DNA of 64,000 nucleotides from Nitrospinales bacterium (GTDB taxonomy: Bacteria; Nitrospinota; Nitrospinia; Nitrospinales; VA-1): assembly GCA_965262115.1 (NCBI GenBank), contig OZ253496.1, positions 1,152,001-1,216,000 on the forward strand, written 5' to 3'. A program made the translations under genes and the position numbers. Below are positions 10,128-20,277 of the stretch, in pieces (positions within the stretch are counted from its first letter, which is position 1; each line of letters begins with the position of its first letter). The notes under the pieces were generated by a model that did not search any database, was not told the DNA's origin, and was given only the letters and a program-made list of their open reading frames with translations.

Positions 10128-11273
10128 ATGAAAAAAAAATATCTGCTCGCACCCGGTCCCACCCCTGTTCCAGAACATGTTTCTCTGGAAATGGCTCTTC
10201 CCATGCAACATCACCGGACTCCCCAGTTCAGCAAAATATTCGGTGAAGCCGCAGAAGGAGCCAAATACCTATTTCAAACCAAGCAGGATGTGCTGATTCT
10301 CGCTGCTACCGGAACGGGAGGTATGGAAGGTTGCGTGACCAACCTGTTTTCATCAGGGGATAAAGTATTGGTCATTAACGGAGGGAAGTTTGGCGAGAGG
10401 TGGGGGGGAATTTCCGAGACCTATGGCCTCAATGTTGTCTGGCATAATGTAGAATGGGGAAAAGGCGCTGATGCTAAAGAAATTGAATCCATTCTGGCTC
10501 AGGATAAAGAAATAAAGGGCATCATGGCTCAGGCCAGCGAAACCTCCACAACTGCCGCCCATCCGATCGAAGCCTTGTCGAAGCTGACCCGAGGCCGTGA
10601 CGATATTCTACTGATCGTGGACGGAATCACCGGGGTTGGGGTTTTCAACCTGCCGATGGATGCATGGGGGATCGATGCCATGGTAACCGGGTCACAAAAA
10701 TCCTTGGAACTTCCTCCTGGCCTGGCGCTGGTGGGCCTTAGCGAAAAGGCCTGGAAGTTTGCCGACCAATCGACCTGCCCGCGGTTTTATTTCGACTTTA
10801 AAAAAGAACGCAAAAATCTGGCCAACCGAACCTCCGCTTACACACCTGCCGTTTCACTGGTTGCCGGGCTGCGGGTCGTTCTGCAGGATATTAAGGAAGA
10901 AGGGTTGGACAATGTTTTCAAACGCCATAACCGACTGGCCCGGGCTACCCGTGCCGCTGTGCAGGCCATGGGCTTAGCCATGGTTGCTCCAGATAGTCCC
11001 GCCGATAGCGCAACCGGCGTGTTTGTGCCAGAGGGTGTGGATGGAGGAAAGCTGGTTAAAAGTCTACGTGACGATTTCGGAGTCACTCTGGCAGGTGGAC
11101 AAGACCAATGGAAAGGAAAGGTCGTGCGCGTTGCCCATCTCGGTTACGTAGACACCTTTGACATCATCATAGCGATTTCGGCTCTGGAGATGGCCTTAAA
11201 AAAATTCGGCGCCAAAATCCAACTTGGCAAAGGGGTGGCAGCCGCCCAGGAAATACTATTAGAAGCTTATTGA
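10128..11273 (+). CDS. Class V PLP aminotransferase (AGXT/serine-pyruvate type, probable SerC role)
   Basis: PGPTPVP, SETST, TGSQK, RVAHLG; directly upstream of serA. Confidence 0.9.
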   Translation: MKKKYLLAPGPTPVPEHVSLEMALPMQHHRTPQFSKIFGEAAEGAKYLFQTKQDVLILAATGTGGMEGCVTNLFSSGDKVLVINGGKFGERWGGISETYGLNVVWHNVEWGKGADAKEIESILAQDKEIKGIMAQASETSTTAAHPIEALSKLTRGRDDILLIVDGITGVGVFNLPMDAWGIDAMVTGSQKSLELPPGLALVGLSEKAWKFADQSTCPRFYFDFKKERKNLANRTSAYTPAVSLVAGLRVVLQDIKEEGLDNVFKRHNRLARATRAAVQAMGLAMVAPDSPADSATGVFVPEGVDGGKLVKSLRDDFGVTLAGGQDQWKGKVVRVAHLGYVDTFDIIIAISALEMALKKFGAKIQLGKGVAAAQEILLEAY

Positions 11274-11416
11274 GCCGGCGGACCGCCGGAGGCAGATAGC
11301 AATGACTCATCAAGCCTAGATAACTCTTTGCTAGCAGTGAAAAGCTATTGCCAGTCGGCCCCACGCCAAGTGGAAACCGCCGGTTGTATCCGGCCATCAT
11401 TATTTGGAGTTAGCGA

Positions 11417-12994
11417 ATGAAAGTTCTTGTTTCTGACAACCTCTCCGCAACAGGAGTTGAAATTCTTAAAAAAGAGTCCGGACTTGAGGTTGATGTTAAA
11501 ACAGGTCTGCCCAAGGAAGAATTGATAAAAATCATTCCCGCCTACGACGGTTTAATCGTCCGCAGCGCCACCAAAGTGGTCGCTGAAATTATTGAGGCGG
11601 CCGACAACCTGAAAGTCATCGGAAGAGCAGGCATCGGCGTTGACAATATAGACTTGGATGCGGCAGGCAAAAAAGGCATCATTGTTATGAATGCCCCAGA
11701 AGGGAATATCATAACTACCGCAGAACATACTATGGCCTTGCTGATGTCCATGTCCCGAAACATCCCACAAGCCCGTTCCACCCTGCAAAATAAAAAATGG
11801 GCTCCCAAAGAATTTATGGGAGTAGAACTTTTTGAAAAAACACTGGGCATTGTTGGATTAGGCCGGATCGGCTCCATCGTCGCCGAACGGGCTCACGCTT
11901 TCCAAATGAAGATCGTGGTGTACGATCCCTATATTTCCCAGGAAAGAGCCGAAAAGCTTGGGGTCGAACTGGTGGAACTTAAAGATCTGCTGAAACGCTC
12001 TGATTTTTTGACCCTGCATACTCCAGGCTTGGCCGGCAAACCCTTATTGGGGAAAGAAGAGTTTGCGCAAATGAAACCGGGTATTCGCATCGTCAACTGT
12101 GCCCGAGGTTCCTTGATTGACGACGACGCCCTGATTGATGCCATTCAATCCAAACAAGTCGCAGGAGCCGCACTGGATGTTTACCACAAAGAGCCTCTGG
12201 CTTTTGACAGCCCGCTTCTGCAAGTGGACGAAATCATCTGCACTCCACATCTGGGAGCCTCCACGGGAGAGGCACAGGAAAAAGTGGCTATCGCGATTTG
12301 CGACCAGCTCATTGACTATCTCAAATACGGCAACGTCCGCAATGCAGTCAATGTTCCGTCCATTGATGCCGAGACACTGGCCCAAATCAAACCTTATCTC
12401 GTTTTGGGCGAAGACCTTGGGAACTTTATTTTCCAGCTTGCCGAGGGGCCCATTACCCGCGTTGAAATTCAATATAACGGCGAAGTTTCTACCATGAAGG
12501 TAGAATCCATAACCATCGCTATTTTAAAAGGGCTCTTCAACCGTTCCATTGAAGGGATCAATATGGTCAACGCTCCCTTTATCGCAAAAGAAAGAGGAAT
12601 TGAGGTCCAAGAGTCCAAGAGCAACGAAGTGCACGAATACACCAGCACCGTTCAGGTGCAGGTCATCAGCGAAAATGGAACCCGAAAAGTGACCGGCAGT
12701 GTTTTTGGGAAAGGCGATTCCCGGATCGTGCAATTTGACGAATACCACATGGAAGCCGTCCTCTCTAAAAATATGCTCGTGCTCAACAATATGGATGTCC
12801 CCGGCGTGATCGGGAACCTGGGGAACATTCTCGGGAAAAACAACCTGAATATCGCAGGCTTTCATCTAGGTCGCCAGAAAGAGGAAGGTAAAGCCATTTC
12901 CATTGTCAACATCGATTCCCCACCCACCACTGAAGCCCTGAGGGAATTGCGCAACACATCCCACATTCTCAGTGTCCACAGCGTTACGCTTTAG
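11417..12994 (+). CDS. serA: D-3-phosphoglycerate dehydrogenase
   Basis: RAGIGVDNID, GLGRIG, NCARG, TPHLGAST, C-terminal ACT domain. Confidence 0.96.
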   Translation: MKVLVSDNLSATGVEILKKESGLEVDVKTGLPKEELIKIIPAYDGLIVRSATKVVAEIIEAADNLKVIGRAGIGVDNIDLDAAGKKGIIVMNAPEGNIITTAEHTMALLMSMSRNIPQARSTLQNKKWAPKEFMGVELFEKTLGIVGLGRIGSIVAERAHAFQMKIVVYDPYISQERAEKLGVELVELKDLLKRSDFLTLHTPGLAGKPLLGKEEFAQMKPGIRIVNCARGSLIDDDALIDAIQSKQVAGAALDVYHKEPLAFDSPLLQVDEIICTPHLGASTGEAQEKVAIAICDQLIDYLKYGNVRNAVNVPSIDAETLAQIKPYLVLGEDLGNFIFQLAEGPITRVEIQYNGEVSTMKVESITIAILKGLFNRSIEGINMVNAPFIAKERGIEVQESKSNEVHEYTSTVQVQVISENGTRKVTGSVFGKGDSRIVQFDEYHMEAVLSKNMLVLNNMDVPGVIGNLGNILGKNNLNIAGFHLGRQKEEGKAISIVNIDSPPTTEALRELRNTSHILSVHSVTL

Positions 12995-13010
12995 CAGACT
13001 GATTTTACAC

Positions 13011-13045
13011 AAAAAAGCGAGGCTTCCTTTTCGGGAAGCCTCGCT
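13011..13045. terminator. Terminator between convergent genes
   Basis: AGCGAGGCTTCC-TTTTCG-GGAAGCCTCGCT with an A-tract on the left. Confidence 0.75.
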
Positions 13046-13067
13046 ATAATTTATTAAAACCCTAAAA

Positions 13068-13646
13068 TCAATCTTCTTTTTTCTGGCTGTCCTCATCCTT
13101 CGCAGCCGGCGCCGACTCAATTTTCTGACCAAAAACACTAGCGATCACTTCATTGATGACCTTGGGACCCAGAATATTATAAACCGTATTCGCCGATTTA
13201 AAATGTGGACTGGTAAAAAGACTCAACACCTTTTTACTGGTGTAACCCAGCATCATAAACTCATGCGCGTAGTTTTCCGCCACCATCCTCAAGGTATCTT
13301 CATCGGCATCTTCATCACCAGTAGGAGGCCCCGCATCCGGATCAACATCTTCCTGAATTTCGTAGACATAGATCAAGTGCCAGCCAAATTCGGTCTTGAT
13401 CGGGCCAACAACATCCCCTTCCTGAGCGGTAAATACAGCAACCTCAAAAGGCCGAACCATAGCTCCTTTTCCAAACCATCCCAAATCTCCCCCGCGTTTT
13501 TTGGATGGGCATTCGCTATACTCCTCCGCCAACTTGGTGAATTCCTCCCCCTCGTCAATCTTGACTCTCAATTCTTCAGCCAGTTCTTTAGCACCCACTA
13601 GAATATGCCGGGCTTGAACTTTTTTAACTTTTCTCTCTTTAGCCAT
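13068..13646 (-). CDS. Parvulin (PpiC-type) PPIase with extra C-terminal domain
   Basis: ARHILV, SECPS..RGGDLGWF, KTEFGWHLI. Confidence 0.9.
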   Translation of the reverse strand: MAKERKVKKVQARHILVGAKELAEELRVKIDEGEEFTKLAEEYSECPSKKRGGDLGWFGKGAMVRPFEVAVFTAQEGDVVGPIKTEFGWHLIYVYEIQEDVDPDAGPPTGDEDADEDTLRMVAENYAHEFMMLGYTSKKVLSLFTSPHFKSANTVYNILGPKVINEVIASVFGQKIESAPAAKDEDSQKKED

Positions 13647-13726
13647 GATTCAATACCATAAATTATATAGAACTCGTTTCCGGAAAACCCGTTTCATCAA
13701 ATGATCTACCGCTCTCTACGTGTGCG

Positions 13727-14515
13727 TCAGTTTAACATCAACGCACAACATTTTTTATATTTCTTGCCGGACCCGCAGGGACAAGGGTCATTGGGTTTAA
13801 TTTTCCCTTCCTGCACCTTAACTCCCGGTGTACTTTTCAATAATTCCTGACCGATTTTTTTTGCATTCTTATAACGCTTCCTCAGTCTCTCATTAAAATC
13901 CGGAATCCCATGATTGATCGCAATAAGCATATCTCGGTTGGAAGATTCCAGTTTGGCCTCTTCCTTTTCTCTCAGGCGCTCATCCAAAAAATAGGTGGTG
14001 GAAAAAATCGGCGCCTGATCGGCATTGTCCAGCTCCAGCTTAAAAAAAGAAAGTTTCAAACTGCGATTATCATTGCGCGGATCAATGTCATAGGAGTCTT
14101 CTGAAAAATACGGGTCATTGTTGAAATTAAAATCGAGCATTCCCTTTTCTTGCGGAAATAATTCGAAAAAATTATAATAATTTCCCGGCTCGAATTCCAG
14201 GTAAGAGGTAGGATTTTTCTCGCCATAGGCTTTCGCTTCCACAACCCTCTGCTTGAAGAGGAGTATCAACTCATCTGGAGCGTTTTTGGAAAATCCCTTG
14301 GCGATTTGGGTTTGCACATCTGTCAAGCGTGGATGATCGGGAAGGGGATTAAAAGTTTTATTAAAATTAACCTGGAAAGCAAAAGCATTGTCCCGGTTGT
14401 CCTGGTCACGAAGACGCACCACAACATAGTTGTATTCGTAAAATGGATGGGTGTGATAAAAGTCTTCAAGGACATACGTGTTCTGGTAATTCTCTTCCTC
14501 GAACCGGTACATCAT
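13727..14515 (-). CDS. SEC-C motif protein
   Basis: C-terminal PNDPCPCGSGKKYKKCC. Confidence 0.85.
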   Translation of the reverse strand: MMYRFEEENYQNTYVLEDFYHTHPFYEYNYVVVRLRDQDNRDNAFAFQVNFNKTFNPLPDHPRLTDVQTQIAKGFSKNAPDELILLFKQRVVEAKAYGEKNPTSYLEFEPGNYYNFFELFPQEKGMLDFNFNNDPYFSEDSYDIDPRNDNRSLKLSFFKLELDNADQAPIFSTTYFLDERLREKEEAKLESSNRDMLIAINHGIPDFNERLRKRYKNAKKIGQELLKSTPGVKVQEGKIKPNDPCPCGSGKKYKKCCALMLN

Positions 14516-14661
14516 TTTCGAGTTTTCACTCTCCTGCTGATTGATTTCCCAATAACCTTCGATGACAATTCCCTTTCCACTAAATATTTCAGATCACCGG
14601 ATCTCTATCTGCTCACAAACCGTATAAGTTTAAAAACCCCAAACTTTTTCAATCCCAACCA

Positions 14662-15153
14662 TCAACGAGGAAGAGGAGAATTAGAAAAACCCGGAAATTT
14701 TGTAAACACGCCCTTTTCAGTTTCCTGTTTTTCGATATCTCGAACCGCACGCACAGAATCCTTAGTGATATCTTCCTTATGATTGGCATTCGCATGTCCA
14801 TAACGGTAATAATAGATGGCAGCGGTAGCATGGGGCAGTTCATTAGCGGTCCAACTGGTGAAGCCCCCGCCGGGCGAGAAAGTCGGGCTTATGAAAACGT
14901 CCATGCGATCCATATCCAGAATGACATGGTCTTCATCATAAAGGCTTTCAGCTTCTTCCAAGTTCGGCATTCTCCAGTCCTGGTGCCCGGCAAACTTATT
15001 AATGCCCAAGCCCTTGATATAGTCCATAGCCTTATACCAATTCACCCATTTGCTGGTATCCTGAAAAGAATCGGCCTGCTTCCACATCAGCTTGGTTTCC
15101 AGGTCGGTAACCGTGCCGTCTCCATTATCTACAAATCGTTTTTTTAATTCCAC
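14662..15153 (-). CDS. Lcl C-terminal (DUF1566) protein
   Basis: RFVDNGDGTVTD..TKLMW, DWRMP, VRAVR. Confidence 0.9.
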   Translation of the reverse strand: MELKKRFVDNGDGTVTDLETKLMWKQADSFQDTSKWVNWYKAMDYIKGLGINKFAGHQDWRMPNLEEAESLYDEDHVILDMDRMDVFISPTFSPGGGFTSWTANELPHATAAIYYYRYGHANANHKEDITKDSVRAVRDIEKQETEKGVFTKFPGFSNSPLPR

Positions 15154-15188
15154 GTTTTACTCTCCAATGTTGCTCTTTAATTTCAGTC

Positions 15189-15644
15189 CTAGTCTTCCTG
15201 CTTTTCAATATCGCGGACCAGCCTGGAAGCCCCTCTCGACACGCGAAAAATGTCATCATAAATGGCAACTCCTTTGCGGAAATTCAGGCGCACACCTTGT
15301 ATATTATGTCGCACATCGCTGGTCCAGCACAGAAACCCGCACCCTGGCTCAAACAAGCCGGACAGATAAATCGCCTGCCCCATATTATCGGAATTTTTCT
15401 GTGTCTTATCGAAGAGGCTTTTGGCTTCGCTTGCCGTAGGAAGCCTCCAATTGGAAAAGCCTGCAAACCGCTTTCGGTTCAAACTTTCCGCAAACTCTTT
15501 GACCTGGCGCTGGGCCATCCATTTCCCCGCCATTTGCCAGGTATCTTTTTTAAGCCATACGAGGCGCTTGGCGCCGTCAATCACCGTGTCGCTGTCTCCT
15601 GCCGCAAATCGCCCACCCACTTGCCCCGAGCCCTGTTCACCCAT
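15189..15644 (-). CDS. Lcl C-terminal (DUF1566) protein
   Basis: FAGFSNWRLPT, GCGFLCWTS, RLVR. Confidence 0.9.
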   Translation of the reverse strand: MGEQGSGQVGGRFAAGDSDTVIDGAKRLVWLKKDTWQMAGKWMAQRQVKEFAESLNRKRFAGFSNWRLPTASEAKSLFDKTQKNSDNMGQAIYLSGLFEPGCGFLCWTSDVRHNIQGVRLNFRKGVAIYDDIFRVSRGASRLVRDIEKQED

Positions 15645-15649
15645 GACCT

Positions 15650-16534
15650 TTATGAGTCACCTTCCTGATTCCGGACTGCACGGACACCGTGACTACGCAA
15701 ACCCATCTGGTGCCATTTATAGTCTCCATTATAATAATGGAAACTAATGGCCAATCCTTTATCCGACTTATTCAATGTTTTGGTCCAGCAGGTCAAACCA
15801 CAGCCCGCAGGAAAACCTTTAGTTAAAAATGCCGTGTCACCATAATTGTCCGTAACAGGATTAGAAGCGTCATAAATCGCCTGCGCTTCCTTCCGAGTTG
15901 GCATGCGCCAATCCTTATAACCCGCAAACTGTGTCCGGTTTAGTTGGATTAGGTAGGTCTTGGCTTCGTCCCAACTCACCCACTTATCCAATTCCATATA
16001 GGAGTCCGCCGACTTCCACATCAGGCCTGTCTTGTGGTCAGTAATGGTGCCGTCTTTATGCAGTTCAATGCGGACAAAATCAGGGTCCTCTTCTTCCTGA
16101 ATATTGGCTCGAACCAAGCGCACAGCACTGGGGAAACCATCGTTTTCTTTAGCCAGCCAGAATTCGTAATCGGATCGGTAGTCATAGGCCATGGCGGCCT
16201 TGGCGCCACGGGTTTGGCTGGTCCAAGTCGAGAATCCGCACCCAGAAGTAAAAACAGGATCGATATGAATTTCGCAGCCTTCTACATCTGTATTGCTGGC
16301 TGATCGATGAAAAAGGTATTTGGCTTCTGAAGCGGAGGGAATGCGCCAGTTGTTATACCCGGCGAATTTTTCCTCATTCATTGTTCGAGCTAACTCCTGG
16401 CTTTCATGCCAAGTGATCAAACGCCCCAACCTGACCCAAGTATCCTCTTTCATCCACATGAGGTTGTGCTTCGGATCCGTAACAGTATCATCTCCGTTAT
16501 CCAAATACTGCATTTCCACTTTGGCTTCCGTCAT
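15650..16534 (-). CDS. Protein with two DUF1566 domains
   Basis: Two copies of TD...LMW / WR.P / GCG...WT / VR.VR. Confidence 0.9.
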   Translation of the reverse strand: MTEAKVEMQYLDNGDDTVTDPKHNLMWMKEDTWVRLGRLITWHESQELARTMNEEKFAGYNNWRIPSASEAKYLFHRSASNTDVEGCEIHIDPVFTSGCGFSTWTSQTRGAKAAMAYDYRSDYEFWLAKENDGFPSAVRLVRANIQEEEDPDFVRIELHKDGTITDHKTGLMWKSADSYMELDKWVSWDEAKTYLIQLNRTQFAGYKDWRMPTRKEAQAIYDASNPVTDNYGDTAFLTKGFPAGCGLTCWTKTLNKSDKGLAISFHYYNGDYKWHQMGLRSHGVRAVRNQEGDS

Positions 16535-16538
16535 AACT

Positions 16539-17060
16539 TTATTTTCTGCGTGTGGGGGACTGGTGTCTCATGACCTTATCTTTTCTACAGATACGAACCG
16601 AGCCAAAGCTATACTCTTCGACACTGACAACCTTGCCTTCGCTATAGTCAAACCTCGGTCTGCGGGTGGATGTATCCCCCGCAATCCAGGCGGTTTTAAA
16701 CGCACCTTCTGGAAACACTGGATCAAGATGAAGGATCACCCCGCTCTTCCCTGGGTTTTCGCAGGACTCATCAAAAAGTGACGAGACTTCATCAATACTA
16801 GGCAGTCGCCAGTCATCAAACCCACCAATCTTTCTAAGATTCTTCCTATCGGCAAACTCCACCGCTTCATGCCAGTTGAAAAACTTACCCTTGTCCTGCC
16901 AGGAATCTTTTTTCAACCAGTACAGACGGGTTTTATTATCAAAAATAACATCACGGCCTTTCTCCACAAACCTTTTAGGTTTGTCATCCTGCTTGACCGG
17001 AGCCTGTTCCGTCTGCTTGATCGGAGACAGTTCCGAGTTTTTGGGAAGTTCTTCTGTCAT
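16539..17060 (-). CDS. Lcl C-terminal (DUF1566) protein
   Basis: GGFDDWRLPS, LHLDPVF, SVRICR. Confidence 0.88.
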   Translation of the reverse strand: MTEELPKNSELSPIKQTEQAPVKQDDKPKRFVEKGRDVIFDNKTRLYWLKKDSWQDKGKFFNWHEAVEFADRKNLRKIGGFDDWRLPSIDEVSSLFDESCENPGKSGVILHLDPVFPEGAFKTAWIAGDTSTRRPRFDYSEGKVVSVEEYSFGSVRICRKDKVMRHQSPTRRK

Positions 17061-17120
17061 TTTTCCTATTTCTCGAATGGCCGGTCACATCGGCGGATTG
17101 AAAGCTTTAGAATAATTTTT

Positions 17121-17342
17121 TTAATTATAGCCAGTATATCCTATTTCTACGCTGTCTTCATCGACATTGACAATGACCGGAACGATATACTGGTCATTGG
17201 AATAACCCAATAATTGCTTCAAACCCTGTGGGTCTTTATCAACATTTACGTAAACAAAAGACCTGTGTTGCTTTTTAAAGTCCGCCAGGGCTTTCTGCGT
17301 GTGGGGACAGTCATCCTTGCCAAAAATCATATAATGGTTCAT
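17121..17342 (-). CDS. Glutaredoxin-like protein (UXX-star family 1-like, Cys form)
   Basis: IFGKDDCPHT, VPVIV, EIGY. Confidence 0.75.
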   Translation of the reverse strand: MNHYMIFGKDDCPHTQKALADFKKQHRSFVYVNVDKDPQGLKQLLGYSNDQYIVPVIVNVDEDSVEIGYTGYN

Positions 17343-17380
17343 AACACTCCAGTCAGCACGCCCTTACACCGGGGCCGGAA

Positions 17381-17992
17381 TTAACGTTCGAATGTCTTCG
17401 TGTCCTTGCGCCACTCAGGTTCCCAATCCTCCTGAACCACATCACGGGTCACCCGACAATGAGAATATTCGTTGTCCTTATGCTCCCACATATCGTTACC
17501 CGTCACATAACTGAATTTTTGCGCATACTGTTGGTAGTCCGGCTTTTCTTCATAGGTCCAGGTATTGTGCCCTCCTGCCGGCTCAAACAGATCTGAAATA
17601 TGGGTCTCGGCCCCATCCTTATCATGATTCGACTGGGTAAACGAAAAAAGGCTTTTAGCCTCTTCACCGCTGGGCAACCTCCAATCATCAAAGCCGGCGA
17701 ACTTTTTGTCATTCAACATTTCGCAATAATCATGGGCCTCAAACCAGGTGATTCCATAACTGTACTCTTTGTATGAATCATCCTTTTTCCACATCAGGTT
17801 GGAATAGGTATCGCTGATGGTGCCATCGCCGTTATCGACGAAATTAGGAACTTCCTCCTCCACCACAGCAACATCTTCTTCGTCCTCATCGCCCCATTCA
17901 TCCTCGCCAACCCATTCAGTCTCCGGCTCATTTTCTGAAGTCTCCGGATCTACAGCATCATCAAATTCGGTTGGGTCATCATTTTCAGACAT
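17381..17992 (-). CDS. DUF1566 protein with acidic N-terminus
   Basis: D/E-rich leader, FVDNGDGTISD, AGFDDWRLPS. Confidence 0.9.
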   Translation of the reverse strand: MSENDDPTEFDDAVDPETSENEPETEWVGEDEWGDEDEEDVAVVEEEVPNFVDNGDGTISDTYSNLMWKKDDSYKEYSYGITWFEAHDYCEMLNDKKFAGFDDWRLPSGEEAKSLFSFTQSNHDKDGAETHISDLFEPAGGHNTWTYEEKPDYQQYAQKFSYVTGNDMWEHKDNEYSHCRVTRDVVQEDWEPEWRKDTKTFER

Positions 17993-18023
17993 TTTAAACC
18001 TCAACTTTTCAAGCAAACATTTA

Positions 18024-18467
18024 TCAATCCAGGTCCCTGACCATACGCACCGAAGTGCCAGTGGTCGACACCGACTGGTCCACACAAACCTCTCTCATAT
18101 TCGGGAAATAGCTTTTCCACGCATAAGAATCGTACCGGGTTTCAGAAGTCCACACACAGGTTTCACCGCCAGCCTGATAATTGGAAACCCGCCGTGCCGG
18201 CTTTTTGGGTAAGTTCAGGAACACATCCCGGTAATCATTTTGGTTACGAAATAACGAGCGCACCTCACTTTTAGTCGGTAGCCTCCAGTCGTTATAACCC
18301 AAATATTTTTGTTCATTGCTGGCCTTCACATAAGCATGGCCTTCATCCCAGTTGAGCCACTTTCCCAATTCCTGCCGGGAATCTCTCAGCACCCACATCA
18401 AATCATTATCTGGATCTTCGACCGTACCATTATCATTCTTGACCCAACCACATTTTGATTCCGCCAC
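18024..18467 (-). CDS. Lcl C-terminal (DUF1566) protein
   Basis: NDNGTVED..LMW, GYNDWRLPT, WTSE, VRMVR. Confidence 0.9.
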   Translation of the reverse strand: MAESKCGWVKNDNGTVEDPDNDLMWVLRDSRQELGKWLNWDEGHAYVKASNEQKYLGYNDWRLPTKSEVRSLFRNQNDYRDVFLNLPKKPARRVSNYQAGGETCVWTSETRYDSYAWKSYFPNMREVCVDQSVSTTGTSVRMVRDLD

Positions 18468-18814
18468 ACTTAAGCCTCGAACCTGTCAGCAAAATAAAAA
18501 ACACCCTTATATTTCCCGCTCATTCATTCTGTCTCGGTGGAATATTCCCCCATCCCACCAGTGGAAAAAGCAGGACAAATATTGACCTAAACAAATGAGA
18601 CAAGGAGAAGAGTGTTCCTCTCTTTCACCTATATGAACAAACCAAAAATTTTCGTTTCTATTAAAGTACCACCCGACCACCGGGTTTTCAAGCCAAATTC
18701 AAGAAGCTTTCTGCTCGGAAACGCCTGAATATCCACATGAAAACCGTAAACTCCCCAACGCCCCCCAGCCCTCCAAAATACAACTTAAGCCCGTTACGCA
18801 GGGCAAATTGGGGC

Positions 18815-19309
18815 CTATCGCCAACCGCCCCCCTGAGTGATTTTATCTCGGACTTCCGGCACATGGGCGATTTTGGCTTTTGAGTTGTCAAATTCACCGC
18901 GCACGAGACGGACACTGGAATTGAGGATATCATCGACCTCCTTATGTCCGCCGGCCCCACTGCTGAAAGAATAAACATAGGCCGTGACCTTGCCCCGGGT
19001 ATTGCTGGTCCAGGTATCGTGACCACAACCTTCGGTGAATACCGAATCGATATGTACGAACATGTCGTACTTGTCTTTCAAGGTTTTCTCTATGTCATAA
19101 AGGGAGTGCGCCTCTTTCTTATTGGGAAACCGCCAGTCCTGATAACCGGCAAAAGACCCCTCATTTTGTTTTCCCAAATATTTTAAAGCCGCTGTGTAGC
19201 TGACGAACTTCTGGAGGTCCAGATAGGAGTCGTTTTTCTTCCACATCAACTGGGTCAGATTGTCGGTGACCGTGCTATCCCCATTATCCACAAACCTGTT
19301 TTCGCTCAT
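18815..19309 (-). CDS. Lcl C-terminal (DUF1566) protein
   Basis: RFVDNGDSTVTD, DWRFP, GCGHDTWTS, VRLVR. Confidence 0.9.
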   Translation of the reverse strand: MSENRFVDNGDSTVTDNLTQLMWKKNDSYLDLQKFVSYTAALKYLGKQNEGSFAGYQDWRFPNKKEAHSLYDIEKTLKDKYDMFVHIDSVFTEGCGHDTWTSNTRGKVTAYVYSFSSGAGGHKEVDDILNSSVRLVRGEFDNSKAKIAHVPEVRDKITQGGGWR

Positions 19310-19368
19310 AATTGTCCTATTGCAAATTCAACGGATTTCTATTTTATGCTTCCTGCCAGATAAAATAC

Positions 19369-19402
19369 AAAAAAAAGCCGGGGGGCAAAAAAGCCCCCCG
19401 GC
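19369..19402 (-). terminator. Intrinsic terminator
   Basis: GCCGGGGGGC / GCCCCCCGGC stem with a T-tract on the minus strand. Confidence 0.85.
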
Positions 19403-19421
19403 ACAAAAATTAAATCTTAGC

Positions 19422-19937
19422 TTAGCGGTTTGCTTCAGCTGTTGCGCCACCACCACCATCAGCATCCATACCACCCCTTACGCTGAAGAGACCGCGCTCG
19501 GTACCTTCAGGCTGACCCATACCCGGCTCAATATATGTAGACGGCGTTACATGGTCCAGATGGTAATCAGGTTGATAGGTCTTTTGAGAACCAGGATCCA
19601 TTTTCCAGTCATGGTGCGCTTGGGCTTCTCGCTTTTGACAGTTCAACTGGATATCTCCGGGACCTTTGTTGGCAAAAGTGGATTTCGGCTGCAGAGCATG
19701 ACTGAAAAATCCTCCTGGAGGCAGTGTCCGATCAAAATTCTTGTTCCATGAATATCCAATCGGCCCAACATTGATGTGTACCGTTGTTGCTTTGTCTTCA
19801 CTCAGGTTGACAAGATTCCAACCCGCATTCAAACAAACGCTGGATTTCCCAGCAGGGATGGTGGAAACACCTGCACTTGCAACGGCAACAGAAAACACAA
19901 AAAATACTGCGAATAAAACTAAAACGGTCTTTCTCAT
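19422..19937 (-). CDS. Secreted hypothetical protein
   Basis: AGGGGGAG RBS, signal peptide MRKTVLVLFAVFF...ASA, own terminator. Confidence 0.75.
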   Translation of the reverse strand: MRKTVLVLFAVFFVFSVAVASAGVSTIPAGKSSVCLNAGWNLVNLSEDKATTVHINVGPIGYSWNKNFDRTLPPGGFFSHALQPKSTFANKGPGDIQLNCQKREAQAHHDWKMDPGSQKTYQPDYHLDHVTPSTYIEPGMGQPEGTERGLFSVRGGMDADGGGGATAEANR

Positions 19938-20277
19938 TTTTGCTCCCCCTTTCGAAGCGTAAATAAAAGGTAACACTGAAACAACCTAAAAAAACTCTAT
20001 TTAATTCATCAACCACTTCGGTGATTCGCGCTCAATACCTTAAATCCGGCAGTTCTACAACTGCAACAAAACGGCGGATTTTTCCCCGCAAAACCTCCGG
20101 GTCTGGCTAGGGTGGCCTGAAAATATCAAAAGCCCTCTAGGAAGTCAAGCCTTTAATATCCCTCCCAAGATTGGACAAAAACCCCTTAAATATCAATGCG
20201 CTGCAAAACAGAAAAATCCTGACCCCCCACCCGATTGGGGTGCTGTTTTTGTAGCAGATGTCAATATTTTGTGACTT

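Noticed and set aside
17121..17342. Selenoprotein
   Set aside because: The redox position is a Cys codon; no in-frame TGA
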